This document shows positions 22,378-32,311 of a stretch of 64,000 bases of DNA, in pieces. The position numbers were made by a program, and so were the translations under genes. The DNA comes from Vulcanimicrobiota bacterium (GTDB lineage: Bacteria > Vulcanimicrobiota > Vulcanimicrobiia > Vulcanimicrobiales > Vulcanimicrobiaceae). The notes under the pieces are model-generated. The model ran no database searches, was not told where the DNA came from, and saw nothing but the letters and a program-made list of their open reading frames with translations. The DNA is taken from positions 224,001 through 288,000 of the forward strand of contig CAWCIZ010000003.1 in the NCBI GenBank assembly GCA_963795855.1, written 5' to 3'. The stretch's first letter is position 1. Each line of letters starts with the position of its first letter.

Positions 22378-22964
22378 AACGCGGCGCGGCGACCGCCGCG
22401 ATCGTGACCGTCCGTCTAACGAAGGAACGCGGCGTTTTGCTTGTGGCGGCCGCCGCGTGCGCGCTTCTGGCATATCTGCAGCGATACGACGACGCCTCCG
22501 TTCGCTTTGCCGGGTGCTTGGTCTGCGGAACGCTCGCCGGCATCGCGCTCGCGTTACTGCAGCGCGGCTCCGGCCGCTTTCGCGAACTGGAACTCTGCGA
22601 GCAGAGCGCGCCGCTTTACGGACGCGAACTTGCGCGCGCAACCGCGCTCGTACCGTGCATCCTCGTCACGTTCGCGCTTGCCGCGTACTGGCTCGCCGGC
22701 GCAATCTACGTTCGTATCGATCCCAGTGCTGCGGCCGCCACGGCGCTTGCCGCGTATGCCGCGACGTTGATCGCCCTCTGTGCCGGCGTGCGATCGGGCG
22801 CCGCCCGGCTGTTGTACGTCGCCATGGCGTGCGCGGTTCCGGCGCTAACGTTTGCATTGGCGCAGGCATGGGGACCGGCGGTACCCGCAACGCTTTGCGC
22901 GCTCGCCGGCTTCATCGCGCTTCGCCAATACGGCGAGGCGCTGGCACGCTACGATCCGCTCTGA
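22374..22964 (+). CDS. hypothetical multi-pass membrane protein
   Basis: About 6 hydrophobic segments; GTGA overlap with the upstream gene. Confidence 0.6.
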   Translation: MKRGAATAAIVTVRLTKERGVLLVAAAACALLAYLQRYDDASVRFAGCLVCGTLAGIALALLQRGSGRFRELELCEQSAPLYGRELARATALVPCILVTFALAAYWLAGAIYVRIDPSAAAATALAAYAATLIALCAGVRSGAARLLYVAMACAVPALTFALAQAWGPAVPATLCALAGFIALRQYGEALARYDPL

Positions 22965-23049
22965 CATGCGGCCGCGACGACGCTGAGCCGAGCGGCGCGC
23001 AACCATGCGGCGCGTGTCGCTCCACGCGCGCCCGGGTACCGGTCTTTAC

Positions 23050-23604
23050 ATGCAAAGCGACGTAAACGTATTACCCCTGCGCGGAAATACCGTGCACGAG
23101 ATTCTCGAAAACGACCACGAGATCATCAAAAACCTGCTCCGCCGTTTGACGAACGCCGGCGCCCGGCAAGAGCGCATGCAGGTTCTCGAGCAGCTCAAAG
23201 CGGCGCTCACCATCCATAACGCGATGGAAGAAAATCTGGTCTATCCCGCGCTCGACAAAGTAGCCGGCCACAAATTCGAAACGCTGAAATTGTATAACGA
23301 AACGGCGTCAGCCGACATGCTCGTGTTCGAGATCGACACGATGCTCAAAGAGGGCGACGACGGCAAATTCGGCGAGAAAGCCGAGAAACTGAGCGCGGCG
23401 GTCTCCAAGCACATCGAAGCGGAAGAACATTCGGCGATGCCGCACTTAGAAAAAGGCGCCGATTCCCAAGAATCGCAACTGCTGCTGCAGTCGGTTCGCG
23501 ACTTCCGCGGCGCGATCAGGTTTACGCCGGGTGCTCCGGCAGGCGCGCGCAGCGAAACGGGCGAGATCGGAATGCGCTCGCCTAGTTCCACGACCCAGAG
23601 GTAA
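23050..23604 (+). CDS. hemerythrin (HHE) domain protein
   Basis: LENDH, HNAMEENLVYP, HIEAEE. Confidence 0.8.
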   Translation: MQSDVNVLPLRGNTVHEILENDHEIIKNLLRRLTNAGARQERMQVLEQLKAALTIHNAMEENLVYPALDKVAGHKFETLKLYNETASADMLVFEIDTMLKEGDDGKFGEKAEKLSAAVSKHIEAEEHSAMPHLEKGADSQESQLLLQSVRDFRGAIRFTPGAPAGARSETGEIGMRSPSSTTQR

Positions 23605-23611
23605 CGCCGGG

Positions 23612-24173
23612 TTAGACCGTCGCAGACTGCGCGGAGGCAAGCTTCTCGAGCATCGCGCGATCGAATTGCGCGAGATCCTCCGCGCTGCGCGAGCTGACCC
23701 AGTTACTGTCCTGAACGACCGGCTGGTCCCGGTACAATCCGCCGGCGTTGCGGATGTCGTCGGCGATCGCATGCGCGCCCGTCAATTGGCGGCCGCGCAC
23801 GATTTGCGCGGAAATCAACACCTGCGCACCGTGGCCGACGGAAAACATCGGTTTCTTCGCCGAATCGAACTCGCGCACGAAACGCTGCACTTCCTTGTTC
23901 GCGCGTATGCTGTCCGGGGAGAATCCGCCGGGGATCAGCAGCGCGTCAAAATCTTCGCCCGTGCAATCCGCGACCAGCTCTTCCGCTTTTGCCGCATTGC
24001 CTTCGTCCAGCCCGCGCTTGCCCCGGATCTTCTGCCGCGATTTCTCGTCCAAGCCGACGATCGTCACGATTGCGCCTGCCTCTTCGAGCGCGCGCCTGGG
24101 TTCCGACAGACTGGGCATCTTCGTATCCGTCGCCGACCAGGGCGGCGATGCGTTTTCCTTCGACTGATTGCAT
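23612..24173 (-). CDS. DJ-1/PfpI family protein lacking the catalytic Cys; extra base at about 24110
   Basis: GYED, DALLIPGG.SPD, VGHGAQ in place of ICHGP, NAGG, VSSR. Confidence 0.8.
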
Positions 24174-24216
24174 CCGGCTCCGATTCTCTCCGTGGGTTCC
24201 CGCTCCCCCGTTCAGA

Positions 24217-24723
24217 TTAGAGCGTTCCCCCTGTGTGCTGCACCGCTACGCGTAGCAAGTAGGCGAGTTCGATCTCGATCTTGCCGAGCGCGTCCAGCAG
24301 GACGTCCTCCGCAACTGCCTTGAGCGTCGCGTTGCGCTTGGTCATGTCGCCCTCCGGAACGGGGTGGCGCGGGTTGATCTCGCGCATATAAATGCGCGCA
24401 TCGTACCGGATCCGGCCCTCCGGCAAAAAGTACAGCGGATCGAGGCCGTACGCGTAGGCTTCGAGTGAAAGCAACCCGGTTTTCTGCATGAATTCGATCG
24501 GGCGCGAACGCAGCGCTTGAACGATGCGCGCCATGCCGCTGACGCCGACGCGGCGGACGCCGGCGAAGACTTCATTGAGCTCGACGAGGCTCATTCCGCA
24601 CGCATCTGCCAATAAAGGCTCGTCCACCTGACGCTCTGCGGCATAGGCGCGCAAGGCACTCCCGAACGCAATTCCCCCCGCCGTCCCGAGCGTTCCGTCC
24701 CAGGATGCGGACTCTTGGCTCAT
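24217..24723 (-). CDS. hypothetical protein with XRE-like helix-turn-helix
   Basis: FGSALR...LADACGMS...EVFAGVRR resembles a Cro/C1 HTH. Confidence 0.55.
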   Translation of the reverse strand: MSQESASWDGTLGTAGGIAFGSALRAYAAERQVDEPLLADACGMSLVELNEVFAGVRRVGVSGMARIVQALRSRPIEFMQKTGLLSLEAYAYGLDPLYFLPEGRIRYDARIYMREINPRHPVPEGDMTKRNATLKAVAEDVLLDALGKIEIELAYLLRVAVQHTGGTL

Positions 24724-25040
24724 TCCACCGGCTCCGTGCTGACGTACACGTCTTCGCCTCGCACTTCGAGCTGGAACCGGGGCACGCGTGCGAAGTCGCC
24801 CAGCGTCATCTTTCCGGAGCGCACGTCGAAGCACCAGCCATGCCAAGGGCACGTCACGAGCGGCCCCTCCAGCCATCCGTCTGCCAAGGGGCCGCCTTGA
24901 TGCGGACAGCTGTTTTCGATCGCGTGAAGCACGCCGTCGACGTTGAACACCGCAATTTCATAGCGCCCGACCGTGTATCCGCGTCCCCCGCCCGGCGGAA
25001 TGTCTCGCGTGCTGCCGATCCGCACGTACGAAACCATCAT
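24720..25040 (-). CDS. Rieske [2Fe-2S] ferredoxin
   Basis: CPH...CPWH ligands. Confidence 0.9.
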   Translation of the reverse strand: MMVSYVRIGSTRDIPPGGGRGYTVGRYEIAVFNVDGVLHAIENSCPHQGGPLADGWLEGPLVTCPWHGWCFDVRSGKMTLGDFARVPRFQLEVRGEDVYVSTEPVE

Positions 25041-25807
25041 CCGAACAAACCCGCGACGAGTCCGCCATCGACCGAGATCGTTTGACCGGTGACGTAGCGC
25101 GCGGGTTCGCCGCACAGAAAAGCCGCAAGGGGCGCAAACTCTTCGGGCTGCGCGACGCGCCCGGCGGGGACTTCGGCGCCGGCACGCGCGATCGCGGCGT
25201 CGTCGTCACCATAGAGTGACCGCAACCGCGCCGTTTCGATTCGTCCCGTTGCAATCGCGTTGATCGTTACGCCGTCTTTCGCGACCTCTGCAGCAAGCGT
25301 TTTCAGCGCGGAAACGAGCGCCGTTCGAAACATGTTGGAAAGCGCGAGCGTGGCGATGGGCTGCTTCACCGACGTCGACGTCAGCGCCACGATGCGTCCC
25401 CAGCGGCGCTCGCGCATGCCGGGAACGATGCCTTCGATCACCTGCAGAATGCTTCGCAAAAGCGCTTGATACGCCGTATCCCAATCCGCGGGAGCCGTTT
25501 GCGTCAACGTCCCCGGTTTCGGACCGCCGGTGTTGGCGATGAGTACGTCCACTCCGCCGAAGACGTCGTGTACGTCTCGCAGCAGGCGATCGATGCTGCG
25601 CGCGTCCGTCAAGTCGACGGTGAACGCCTGCGCATCCGGCGCTCCCGAATCGGCACAGAGTTTCGCGACGCGCTGCAGTTCCTCGATACGCCGCGCGGCA
25701 ACGGCAACACGCGCGCCTTCGCGCGCCAGCGCCAGCGCGCACGCTTCACCGAGGCCCGAACTTGCGCCGGTGACGAGCGCGACTTTGCCGCGGATTCGCA
25801 GGTCCAT
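25037..25807 (-). CDS. short-chain dehydrogenase/reductase
   Basis: TGASSGLG, NTGGP, VTGQTISVDGG. Confidence 0.88.
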   Translation of the reverse strand: MDLRIRGKVALVTGASSGLGEACALALAREGARVAVAARRIEELQRVAKLCADSGAPDAQAFTVDLTDARSIDRLLRDVHDVFGGVDVLIANTGGPKPGTLTQTAPADWDTAYQALLRSILQVIEGIVPGMRERRWGRIVALTSTSVKQPIATLALSNMFRTALVSALKTLAAEVAKDGVTINAIATGRIETARLRSLYGDDDAAIARAGAEVPAGRVAQPEEFAPLAAFLCGEPARYVTGQTISVDGGLVAGLFG

Positions 25808-25900
25808 AGCCGAAACTTCAAAAGGCGGCGGCATGCACCTTTAGGCTGCGCAGAGCGCAATCGAAGTAAAACGCGCGCGGGCGTGGAACTTCTCGGCGCT

Positions 25901-26326
25901 ATGACGCAACCGTCCGAGCAGATCGTGGAACGCCGCACCGAAATTGTTTTTCCGACCGACGTAAACCACTACGGCACGCTTTTCGGCGGAAAAGCAGTCG
26001 CGATGATGGACGTGGTCGCGTCGATTGCAGCGATGCGCGCCGCACACAAACCGGTCGTTACCGCTTCGATCGACCGCGTGGACTTCAAAGCGCCGATCCG
26101 TGAAGGCGATTTCGTAGAAACCGTCGCTCGCGTGGTTGCCGTCGGGCGAACGTCCATCACCGTCGAAGTCGAACTGTGGGGCGAAATTCCGGCGACGGGC
26201 GAACGCCGTTTGTCGACCGTGGGAAAATTCGTGCTCGTCGCTATCGATCGTGAAGGCCGCCCGACTCCCATCGCAACCGATGGAACTATTTCGGAGCCAA
26301 CCGAATCGCGCCGTCCAACCGGATGA
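25901..26326 (+). CDS. acyl-CoA thioesterase (hotdog fold)
   Basis: NHYGTLFGG...[17 protein letters not shown]. Confidence 0.88.
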   Translation: MTQPSEQIVERRTEIVFPTDVNHYGTLFGGKAVAMMDVVASIAAMRAAHKPVVTASIDRVDFKAPIREGDFVETVARVVAVGRTSITVEVELWGEIPATGERRLSTVGKFVLVAIDREGRPTPIATDGTISEPTESRRPTG

Positions 26327-27050
26327 CTTCACCGTTGAGCATTTGATTCTCGACGATGTGGCGCGCGAGCGCCGCGTATTCTTCAGGTTTGCCCAGACGC
26401 GCGGGAAACGGCGTCTGCTTGCCGAGCGACTCGCGCGCGGCTTCCGGCAGACCCGCCATCATCGGCGTATCGAAAATGCCGGGCGCAATGCTCATCACGC
26501 GGATCTGCTGCTGCGCGAACTCGCGCGCGAGCGGGAGCGTGAGCGCGGCAACGCCGCCTTTCGATGCCGAATAGGCAGCTTGACCGATCTGTCCGTCGAA
26601 CGCGGCAACGGACGCCGTGCAAACGATCACGCCACGATCCTCACCGGGCTGCGAGGTCTGTTTCATCATCTGCGCCGCCGCGAGGCGCACCACGTTGAAC
26701 GTGCCGATGAGATTCACGCCGATCACTTTGCTGAAGTGGTCGAGCGGCTGCGGGCCTTCGCGACCGACGGCGCGCTGCGCAGTGGCAATCCCGGCGCAAT
26801 TCACGACGCCGTTCAGCGCGCCGAACGATTCGACCGCCAGATCGATCGCTGCCTGCACCTGCGTTTCATTGGTGACGTCGGTTTTTTGAAAGCGGACGCG
26901 GGCCGCAATGTCGTCCGCAGCCGCTTCCCGCGGCTCGTTCACGTCGCATATCACGAGGTTCGCGCCGGCCCGCGCGAACTCGCGAACGACCGCCGCACCT
27001 AAGCCGGACGATCCGCCCGTAACGAGAAACGCTTTGCCGGAAAGATTCAC
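26286..27050 (-). CDS. 3-hydroxyacyl-CoA dehydrogenase (HSD10-type SDR)
   Basis: [39 protein letters not shown]. Confidence 0.9.
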   Translation of the reverse strand: MNLSGKAFLVTGGSSGLGAAVVREFARAGANLVICDVNEPREAAADDIAARVRFQKTDVTNETQVQAAIDLAVESFGALNGVVNCAGIATAQRAVGREGPQPLDHFSKVIGVNLIGTFNVVRLAAAQMMKQTSQPGEDRGVIVCTASVAAFDGQIGQAAYSASKGGVAALTLPLAREFAQQQIRVMSIAPGIFDTPMMAGLPEAARESLGKQTPFPARLGKPEEYAALARHIVENQMLNGEVIRLDGAIRLAPK

Positions 27051-27122
27051 GCTGCAATCCTTTCGATGATGGTCGCGTTCGCCATTCCGCCGCCCTCGCA
27101 CCTCACCTGCAGATTGCGCGCG

Positions 27123-27953
27123 TCAAAATCGATGCAGCGGTGCGGCCGTGCACAGCGGAAGATCGAATCGCCGCGCCTCGTGCTCCCAGTGCGCGCACGA
27201 GCGTTCGGCGAAACGTGCAGCCAATGCTTCCGCTTCGAGCGTTGCGAGGCCGAGCGCTTCGCGCAAGCGCGCTTGAAAGTGCGGTTCCAGCGCCGCGAGC
27301 GCGATCCAGCCGTCCGCGGTTTGGTAAAAGCGGTAGACCGGCGATATGCCTCCGAGTAGGCCATCCGGAGACGTCAGCCCGTATCGAAACGGAGCGGCCA
27401 ATTCCGCAGCGCCGGCGGCGATCGCCACATCCGAACGCGCCGCTTCGCCGCTCCGCTCCCTTTGCAAGAGCAGCCGATACGATTGCGCAGTCGCGCGTTC
27501 GGCGGCGAACAGGTCGGCGTAGACTGTGCGCGGCATCGAGGGCGGATCGATCAGTCCCGACTTCGCTTGATACGTGAGGTCGTGTCCCGCCCGATCCGCG
27601 TGCGGCGCGTGCTCGCCGAAAATCGCAACGTGGCAGAGACGCGGGTGCCGCTCGTGCAGGTGCACCCAATCCAAACCCAGTCGTTCGAAAACGGTCGCGC
27701 GGGTCGACGTCAGAAGCAAATCGGCGCGGGCGAGTAGATTTTCAAAACGTTCCCGGCCGGCCGGATCGCGCAGGTCCAGCACAAGCACCTCGATCCCCGC
27801 CGTAATGCCGGCATACCACTCCGGAGCTGCAGCGAAGAGCGGATCGCCTTGCGGCGGCTCGATTTTGACGACCTGCGCCCCATCGCGGTGCAGGGCGAAA
27901 GCGGCGAGCGGGCCGGGAACGTTCGTGACCAAGGCGGCGACCCGAAACTCCAT
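27123..27953 (-). CDS. CaiB/BaiF class III CoA-transferase
   Basis: PGP...[21 protein letters not shown]. Confidence 0.82.
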   Translation of the reverse strand: MEFRVAALVTNVPGPLAAFALHRDGAQVVKIEPPQGDPLFAAAPEWYAGITAGIEVLVLDLRDPAGRERFENLLARADLLLTSTRATVFERLGLDWVHLHERHPRLCHVAIFGEHAPHADRAGHDLTYQAKSGLIDPPSMPRTVYADLFAAERATAQSYRLLLQRERSGEAARSDVAIAAGAAELAAPFRYGLTSPDGLLGGISPVYRFYQTADGWIALAALEPHFQARLREALGLATLEAEALAARFAERSCAHWEHEARRFDLPLCTAAPLHRF

Positions 27954-27966
27954 GAGCCAAAGTATG

Positions 27967-28077
27967 TTGCGCCGCCGGCGGAACCTCTGCTATGATTCCC
28001 CGGTCGCCGGAGCGGTTTTCGACGGAGTCGGACCACTGCATCCGAGCGAGCCCATCCTTGAACGAGGAGTCTCTTTC
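27967..28077 (+). promoter_or_regulatory. sigma70-type promoter and 5' leader of rpsO (possible S15 autoregulatory leader)
   Basis: TTGCGC (27967) - 18 nt - TATGAT (27991) with extended TG; about 75 nt leader ending in GAGGAG SD. Confidence 0.55.
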
Positions 28078-28347
28078 GTGCCCCTGACCAAAGAACAGAA
28101 GGCGGAGATCGCCGCGAAATTCGGCCGCTCTTCGAGCGACACCGGCTCGGCCGACGTGCAGATCGCCATTCTCACTGCGTCCATCAATCAGCTGACCGAA
28201 CATCTGAAGATCCACAAGAAGGATCACCATAGCCGCCGCGGCCTGTTGCTGCAGGTCGGCCAGCGTCGCCGTCTGCTGAATTACTTGCAAAACAAGGACT
28301 TGGACCGCTACCGCAAACTCATTTCGGACCTAGGCCTGCGCCGCTGA
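28078..28347 (+). CDS. rpsO: 30S ribosomal protein S15
   Basis: [30 protein letters not shown]. Confidence 0.97.
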   Translation: MPLTKEQKAEIAAKFGRSSSDTGSADVQIAILTASINQLTEHLKIHKKDHHSRRGLLLQVGQRRRLLNYLQNKDLDRYRKLISDLGLRR

Positions 28348-28373
28348 CTTAGGTCAACTGGTCCCCAAATTTC

Positions 28374-28406
28374 GAGAGCCGCTGCCCTTGTGGCTCTCTT
28401 TATTTT
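28374..28406 (+). terminator. intrinsic terminator after rpsO
   Basis: GAGAGCCGC/GTGGCTCTC stem followed by TTTATTTT. Confidence 0.75.
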
Positions 28407-28544
28407 GCGTTATTAGGTCTGGCGACCCAAGCGCTAGGCCCGTCCGGTCCTACCGTAGAGAAGGCCTCGCTCGCTACCCTAGCAATACAGCGTCGCATTG
28501 AAAGGCCGGCGCATTTCGCACCTTCGGAAAGGACGGGGGTTTCT

Positions 28545-28826
28545 ATGCTGTTTACTCTGCCGCGGCGCGAGAAAGACCTCGAAATCGAACGCACGGATTC
28601 GCGCTTCATCGTGCACGACCGCAAACACGATTACGTCCACATTCTCGACGAGCGCGCGGGGGCCGTGCTCGAGCAGTGCGACGGAACGCGCAGTTGCACG
28701 GATATAGCAAAGACGCTGTCGTATCGCAATCACGAGTCGTACGATCAAATCGCGAGCGAAGTCGCGCATCTCGTGGCCGCTTTTGCGGATTTGGCGCTCG
28801 TAGAGAGCGCCGCAACGCCCCGTTAG
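28545..28826 (+). CDS. stand-alone PqqD-family (RiPP recognition element-like) protein
   Basis: VHILDERAGAVLEQCDGTRSCTDIA...LALV matches the PqqD pattern. Confidence 0.75.
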   Translation: MLFTLPRREKDLEIERTDSRFIVHDRKHDYVHILDERAGAVLEQCDGTRSCTDIAKTLSYRNHESYDQIASEVAHLVAAFADLALVESAATPR

Positions 28827-29827
28827 CCTTTGCGGTTGCGGGCGCGCCGCGCCGCTTCCTTGATGGACGTCGTCCCCATGCCGTAGTGTTCGATCAATTC
28901 CACGGGATCGCCGGACTGACCGAACCGATCGTGCACGCCGACGAATTCGATCGGCACCGGATTGTTCGCGGCAAGGATCTCTGCGACGCGAGACCCCATG
29001 CCGCCGTGGACCTGATGCTCTTCTACCGTAACGATGGTGCCGCAGCGCTTCGCCGCTTCGACGATCGCCGGCTCGTCCATCGGTTTGACCGTATGGTTGT
29101 TGACGACCATGCAGTCGATGCCTTCGGCCGCGAGTTCCCGCGCTGCAATCAGCGCGTTGTACGCCAGTATTCCGCACGCGATGATGGCAACGTCCTTGCC
29201 CTCGCGAAACGTCTGCGCCTTGCCGATTTCGAACGGCGTTTCCGAAGTCGTCACGATCGGCGATTTCTCACGCGCGAAGCGCAGATACACCGGCCCTGCC
29301 ATCCGCGTGAGCGCAAGCGTCGCCTTCTTCGTCTGCACCGAGTCGCACGGAACGACGACGGTCATGTGCGGTATCACGCGCATGATTGCGATGTCTTCCA
29401 CCGCTTGGTGCGTAGCGCCGTCGGGGCCGACGGATACGCCTGCGTGCGCGCCGGCAATTTTGACGTTCGTTTCGTTGAGCGCCATCACCGTACGCACTTG
29501 CTCCCAGGAACGGCCGGGATTGAACATCGCGTAGCTCGCGATCCACGGAATCTTCCCCGTACTGGCCAAACCGCCGGCCATCGCGACGAGCAGCTGCTCC
29601 GAAACGCCGATCTCCAAGTACTGATCCGGCAGCGTTTCTTTGAGGCCGAGCATGCGCGTCGACTCGGAGAGATCCGCGCAAATACCGATCACGTTCTTGT
29701 CGGCTTTCGCCGCCTCGAGCAGCCCTTCGCCGAATCCGTTGCGCGTCGGGACTTGTTTGACGTGTTTGGGATCGTCCAAGGGGGCCAGATGCATGGCAGC
29801 GCTCTCGAGTACGTCCGTGCTAGCCAT
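28823..29827 (-). CDS. transketolase, C-terminal subunit
   Basis: ADLSEST, GVSEQ, GPDGATHQ, GPVYLR, TVEEH, DRFGQSG. Confidence 0.9.
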   Translation of the reverse strand: MASTDVLESAAMHLAPLDDPKHVKQVPTRNGFGEGLLEAAKADKNVIGICADLSESTRMLGLKETLPDQYLEIGVSEQLLVAMAGGLASTGKIPWIASYAMFNPGRSWEQVRTVMALNETNVKIAGAHAGVSVGPDGATHQAVEDIAIMRVIPHMTVVVPCDSVQTKKATLALTRMAGPVYLRFAREKSPIVTTSETPFEIGKAQTFREGKDVAIIACGILAYNALIAARELAAEGIDCMVVNNHTVKPMDEPAIVEAAKRCGTIVTVEEHQVHGGMGSRVAEILAANNPVPIEFVGVHDRFGQSGDPVELIEHYGMGTTSIKEAARRARNRKG

Positions 29828-30677
29828 GCGCGAGGATCCTTTCCCGCTCCGCCTCGAGTTCGCGCAGCGCTTCGTCGGCTTGATCTTTATTGGGCGGCTT
29901 GCCGTGCCAGGTGTAATCGCCTTCCATGTAGTCAACGCCTTTGCCGGGCACGGTATGCGCTACGATCACGCTCGGTTTATCCGTCGATTGCTGCGCTTTT
30001 TCAACCTCTCCAACGAACTGCGCGATGTCGTTGCCGTCGCATTCCAGAACGTTCCAGTTGAACGCGCGGTATTTGTCGGCAAGCGGCTCGAGCGGCATGA
30101 TGTCCTCGGTGCTGCCGTCGATTTGGATGAAGTTGCGATCGACGATGCTGATGAGATTGTTCAGTTGAAATTTTGCAGCGGTGAGCACCGCCTCCCAATG
30201 CAGTCCGCATTGATGCTCCGCGTCGGACGTGACGACGTACACCCGCCACGATGCGCCGTTCATCTTCGCACCCAGCGCCATGCCCGTACCTTGCGCCAAC
30301 CCTTCACCCAGCGGACCGGACGTCGTTTCCAAGGCCGGCAGGCGCACGCGTTCGGGATGTCCTTGCAGGCGCGTTCCGAATTTGCGCAGCGTGAGCAGCT
30401 CTTCCACCGGGAAGTAGCCCGCATATGCCATCGCGCTATAACGCACGGGTGCGATGTGACCGCACGAGAGGAGCAGTCTGTCGCGCTCCGGCCACTGCGG
30501 GTTTTTCGGATCGTGGCGCAGCACGTGCTGGTACAGGGCCGTGAAGATGTCGGCCATGTCGAGCGAACCGGCGGAGTGTCCGGAACCGGCGGCCAGCAGC
30601 GAACGAATGATGCCCTGGCGGCACAAGTTCGCCTGTTCCCGCAGCTCGGACAAACGCTGTGCGGAGAGAGATTGCAT
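29820..30677 (-). CDS. transketolase, N-terminal (TPP-binding) subunit
   Basis: GSGH, DRLLLSCGH, LQGHP, GPLGEG, SDAE...DRN, GKGV, WHG. Confidence 0.9.
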   Translation of the reverse strand: MQSLSAQRLSELREQANLCRQGIIRSLLAAGSGHSAGSLDMADIFTALYQHVLRHDPKNPQWPERDRLLLSCGHIAPVRYSAMAYAGYFPVEELLTLRKFGTRLQGHPERVRLPALETTSGPLGEGLAQGTGMALGAKMNGASWRVYVVTSDAEHQCGLHWEAVLTAAKFQLNNLISIVDRNFIQIDGSTEDIMPLEPLADKYRAFNWNVLECDGNDIAQFVGEVEKAQQSTDKPSVIVAHTVPGKGVDYMEGDYTWHGKPPNKDQADEALRELEAERERILAHG

Positions 30678-30687
30678 TTGGCGGTAG

Positions 30688-31644
30688 TTACCCGCCGTTA
30701 CGCCCGCTGCCCTCGAAGGAGGCGCCTCCACGCAGAATGGGCAGGCGCACCACGAATTCGGCGCCCGCGGCACCGCAACAGTCCCGCACCAAAACCGTTC
30801 CGCCGTGCGCGCTGGCAATCCAGCGCACGATCGCCAAGCCGAGCCCGCTGCCGTCGCTTCGCCCGTCCGATTGATAGAAGCGATCGAAAACGCGTTCCTT
30901 TGCGCTGTTTTCGATCGGCGAGCCGTCGTTCGTTACGATGATTTGCGCATCGCCGTCGTCCCGGACTTCGACGCGCACGGCCGACTGCGCGTGCCGAACG
31001 GCATTCGAAAGCAGATTGCGCGTCAACTCGCGCACGCGCCGTTCGTCGGCTTCCACGATCACGCTTGCCGGCGCAACGTCGAGACGCAACCCGCGATCGT
31101 GCGCGATTTGGCCGAATTCGTTTGCCGTGTCCGCGACGACCGCGCCCAGATCGATCGGTTCCTTCGCGAGCGCCTTCGGGTGCGCGGAGCGCGCGAGCGT
31201 AAGAAGATCGCCCACCGCGGCGGACGCATCGAGGGCCGCGCGCGCGATCGTGCTCAACGCTTCGGCGATGTGCGGCGGCGCGTTCGCGCGCTGCGCTTGC
31301 GCGACGCTTGCAATCGTGGCCAGCGGCGAGCGCAGCGCATGCGCGGCATCCGCAGCAAACGCGCGCTCGCGCTCCTGCGCTGCGATAAGCGGCGCGAGGG
31401 ACGCCTGCGCAAGCATCCATGCGGCTGCGCCGACGATGACGAGCAGCGGAACGTCGAACGCAACGATCGTGATCAATACGTGCCGCATCGCCGCGGCATA
31501 AGCGCTCGATGCTTCGGGCGTTCCCAGCGCCGGTTGCAGAAGACTTGCGTATTCGCGTCCCAAAAAGACGTACGCGCCTGCGCTGAGCGCGGCCAAAACC
31601 ACCGCAAAGACCGCAAGATAGCGCAGCGAGAGTCGCGCGATCAC
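30688..31644 (-). CDS. membrane sensor histidine kinase
   Basis: Two TM helices, H-box AAHALRSPL, NLLSNA, FDRFY, GSGLGLAI. Confidence 0.88.
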   Translation of the reverse strand: MIARLSLRYLAVFAVVLAALSAGAYVFLGREYASLLQPALGTPEASSAYAAAMRHVLITIVAFDVPLLVIVGAAAWMLAQASLAPLIAAQERERAFAADAAHALRSPLATIASVAQAQRANAPPHIAEALSTIARAALDASAAVGDLLTLARSAHPKALAKEPIDLGAVVADTANEFGQIAHDRGLRLDVAPASVIVEADERRVRELTRNLLSNAVRHAQSAVRVEVRDDGDAQIIVTNDGSPIENSAKERVFDRFYQSDGRSDGSGLGLAIVRWIASAHGGTVLVRDCCGAAGAEFVVRLPILRGGASFEGSGRNGG

Positions 31645-32309
31645 GGTTGGAACTTGTATCCGACGCCCCAAACGGTCTGGATCACGTTGCCCGCGCCGGC
31701 GCGTTTGAGTTTGCGCCGCAGCTGACTGACGTACACGTCGACGATGTTGCTCGATCCGTCGAAATCGTACTCCCACAACCGTTCGAGTAAGTGCTCGCGG
31801 CTTAAAACGAGCCCGGCGTTGCGCGCGAAAAACTCGAGCATCCGAAACTCCGTCACGCCAAGCGAAAGCGCTTTTCCGCCGTAGGTAGCTTGCCGCGCTC
31901 CCATGTCGACGGTAAGCGCGCCCGCGCTCAACTCGTCTTTGACCGGCTTCTCGGCACGGCGCAGCAGCGCGCGCACTCGCGCCACCAGTTCCTGCTCTTC
32001 GAACGGCTTGACGAGATAATCGTCCGCGCCGCTGTCGAGCCCGCGCACTCTGTCCTCTACTGCATCGCGCGCGGTAAGCATCAAGAGCGGAGTCTGCACG
32101 CCCTGCGAACGCGCCGATTTCGCGATCGAAAAGCCGTCGCGCGCAGGCAGCACCACATCGACGATCGCTGCCTCGTACGTTTGCCGAAGCAGATAATCCA
32201 GTCCCGTATCGCCGTCCGGCGCAACGTCCACCGCGTACTTCTGCCGCTCGAGCATCGCCTGCACCGCGCCGGCGACCGAAGGATTATCCTCGATCACCAA
32301 AATGCGCAT
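31641..32309 (-). CDS. OmpR-family response regulator
   Basis: ILVIED, DVVLP, LTARD, GADDYLVKPF, IQTVWGVGY. Confidence 0.93.
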   Translation of the reverse strand: MRILVIEDNPSVAGAVQAMLERQKYAVDVAPDGDTGLDYLLRQTYEAAIVDVVLPARDGFSIAKSARSQGVQTPLLMLTARDAVEDRVRGLDSGADDYLVKPFEEQELVARVRALLRRAEKPVKDELSAGALTVDMGARQATYGGKALSLGVTEFRMLEFFARNAGLVLSREHLLERLWEYDFDGSSNIVDVYVSQLRRKLKRAGAGNVIQTVWGVGYKFQP

Positions 32310-32311
32310 GG

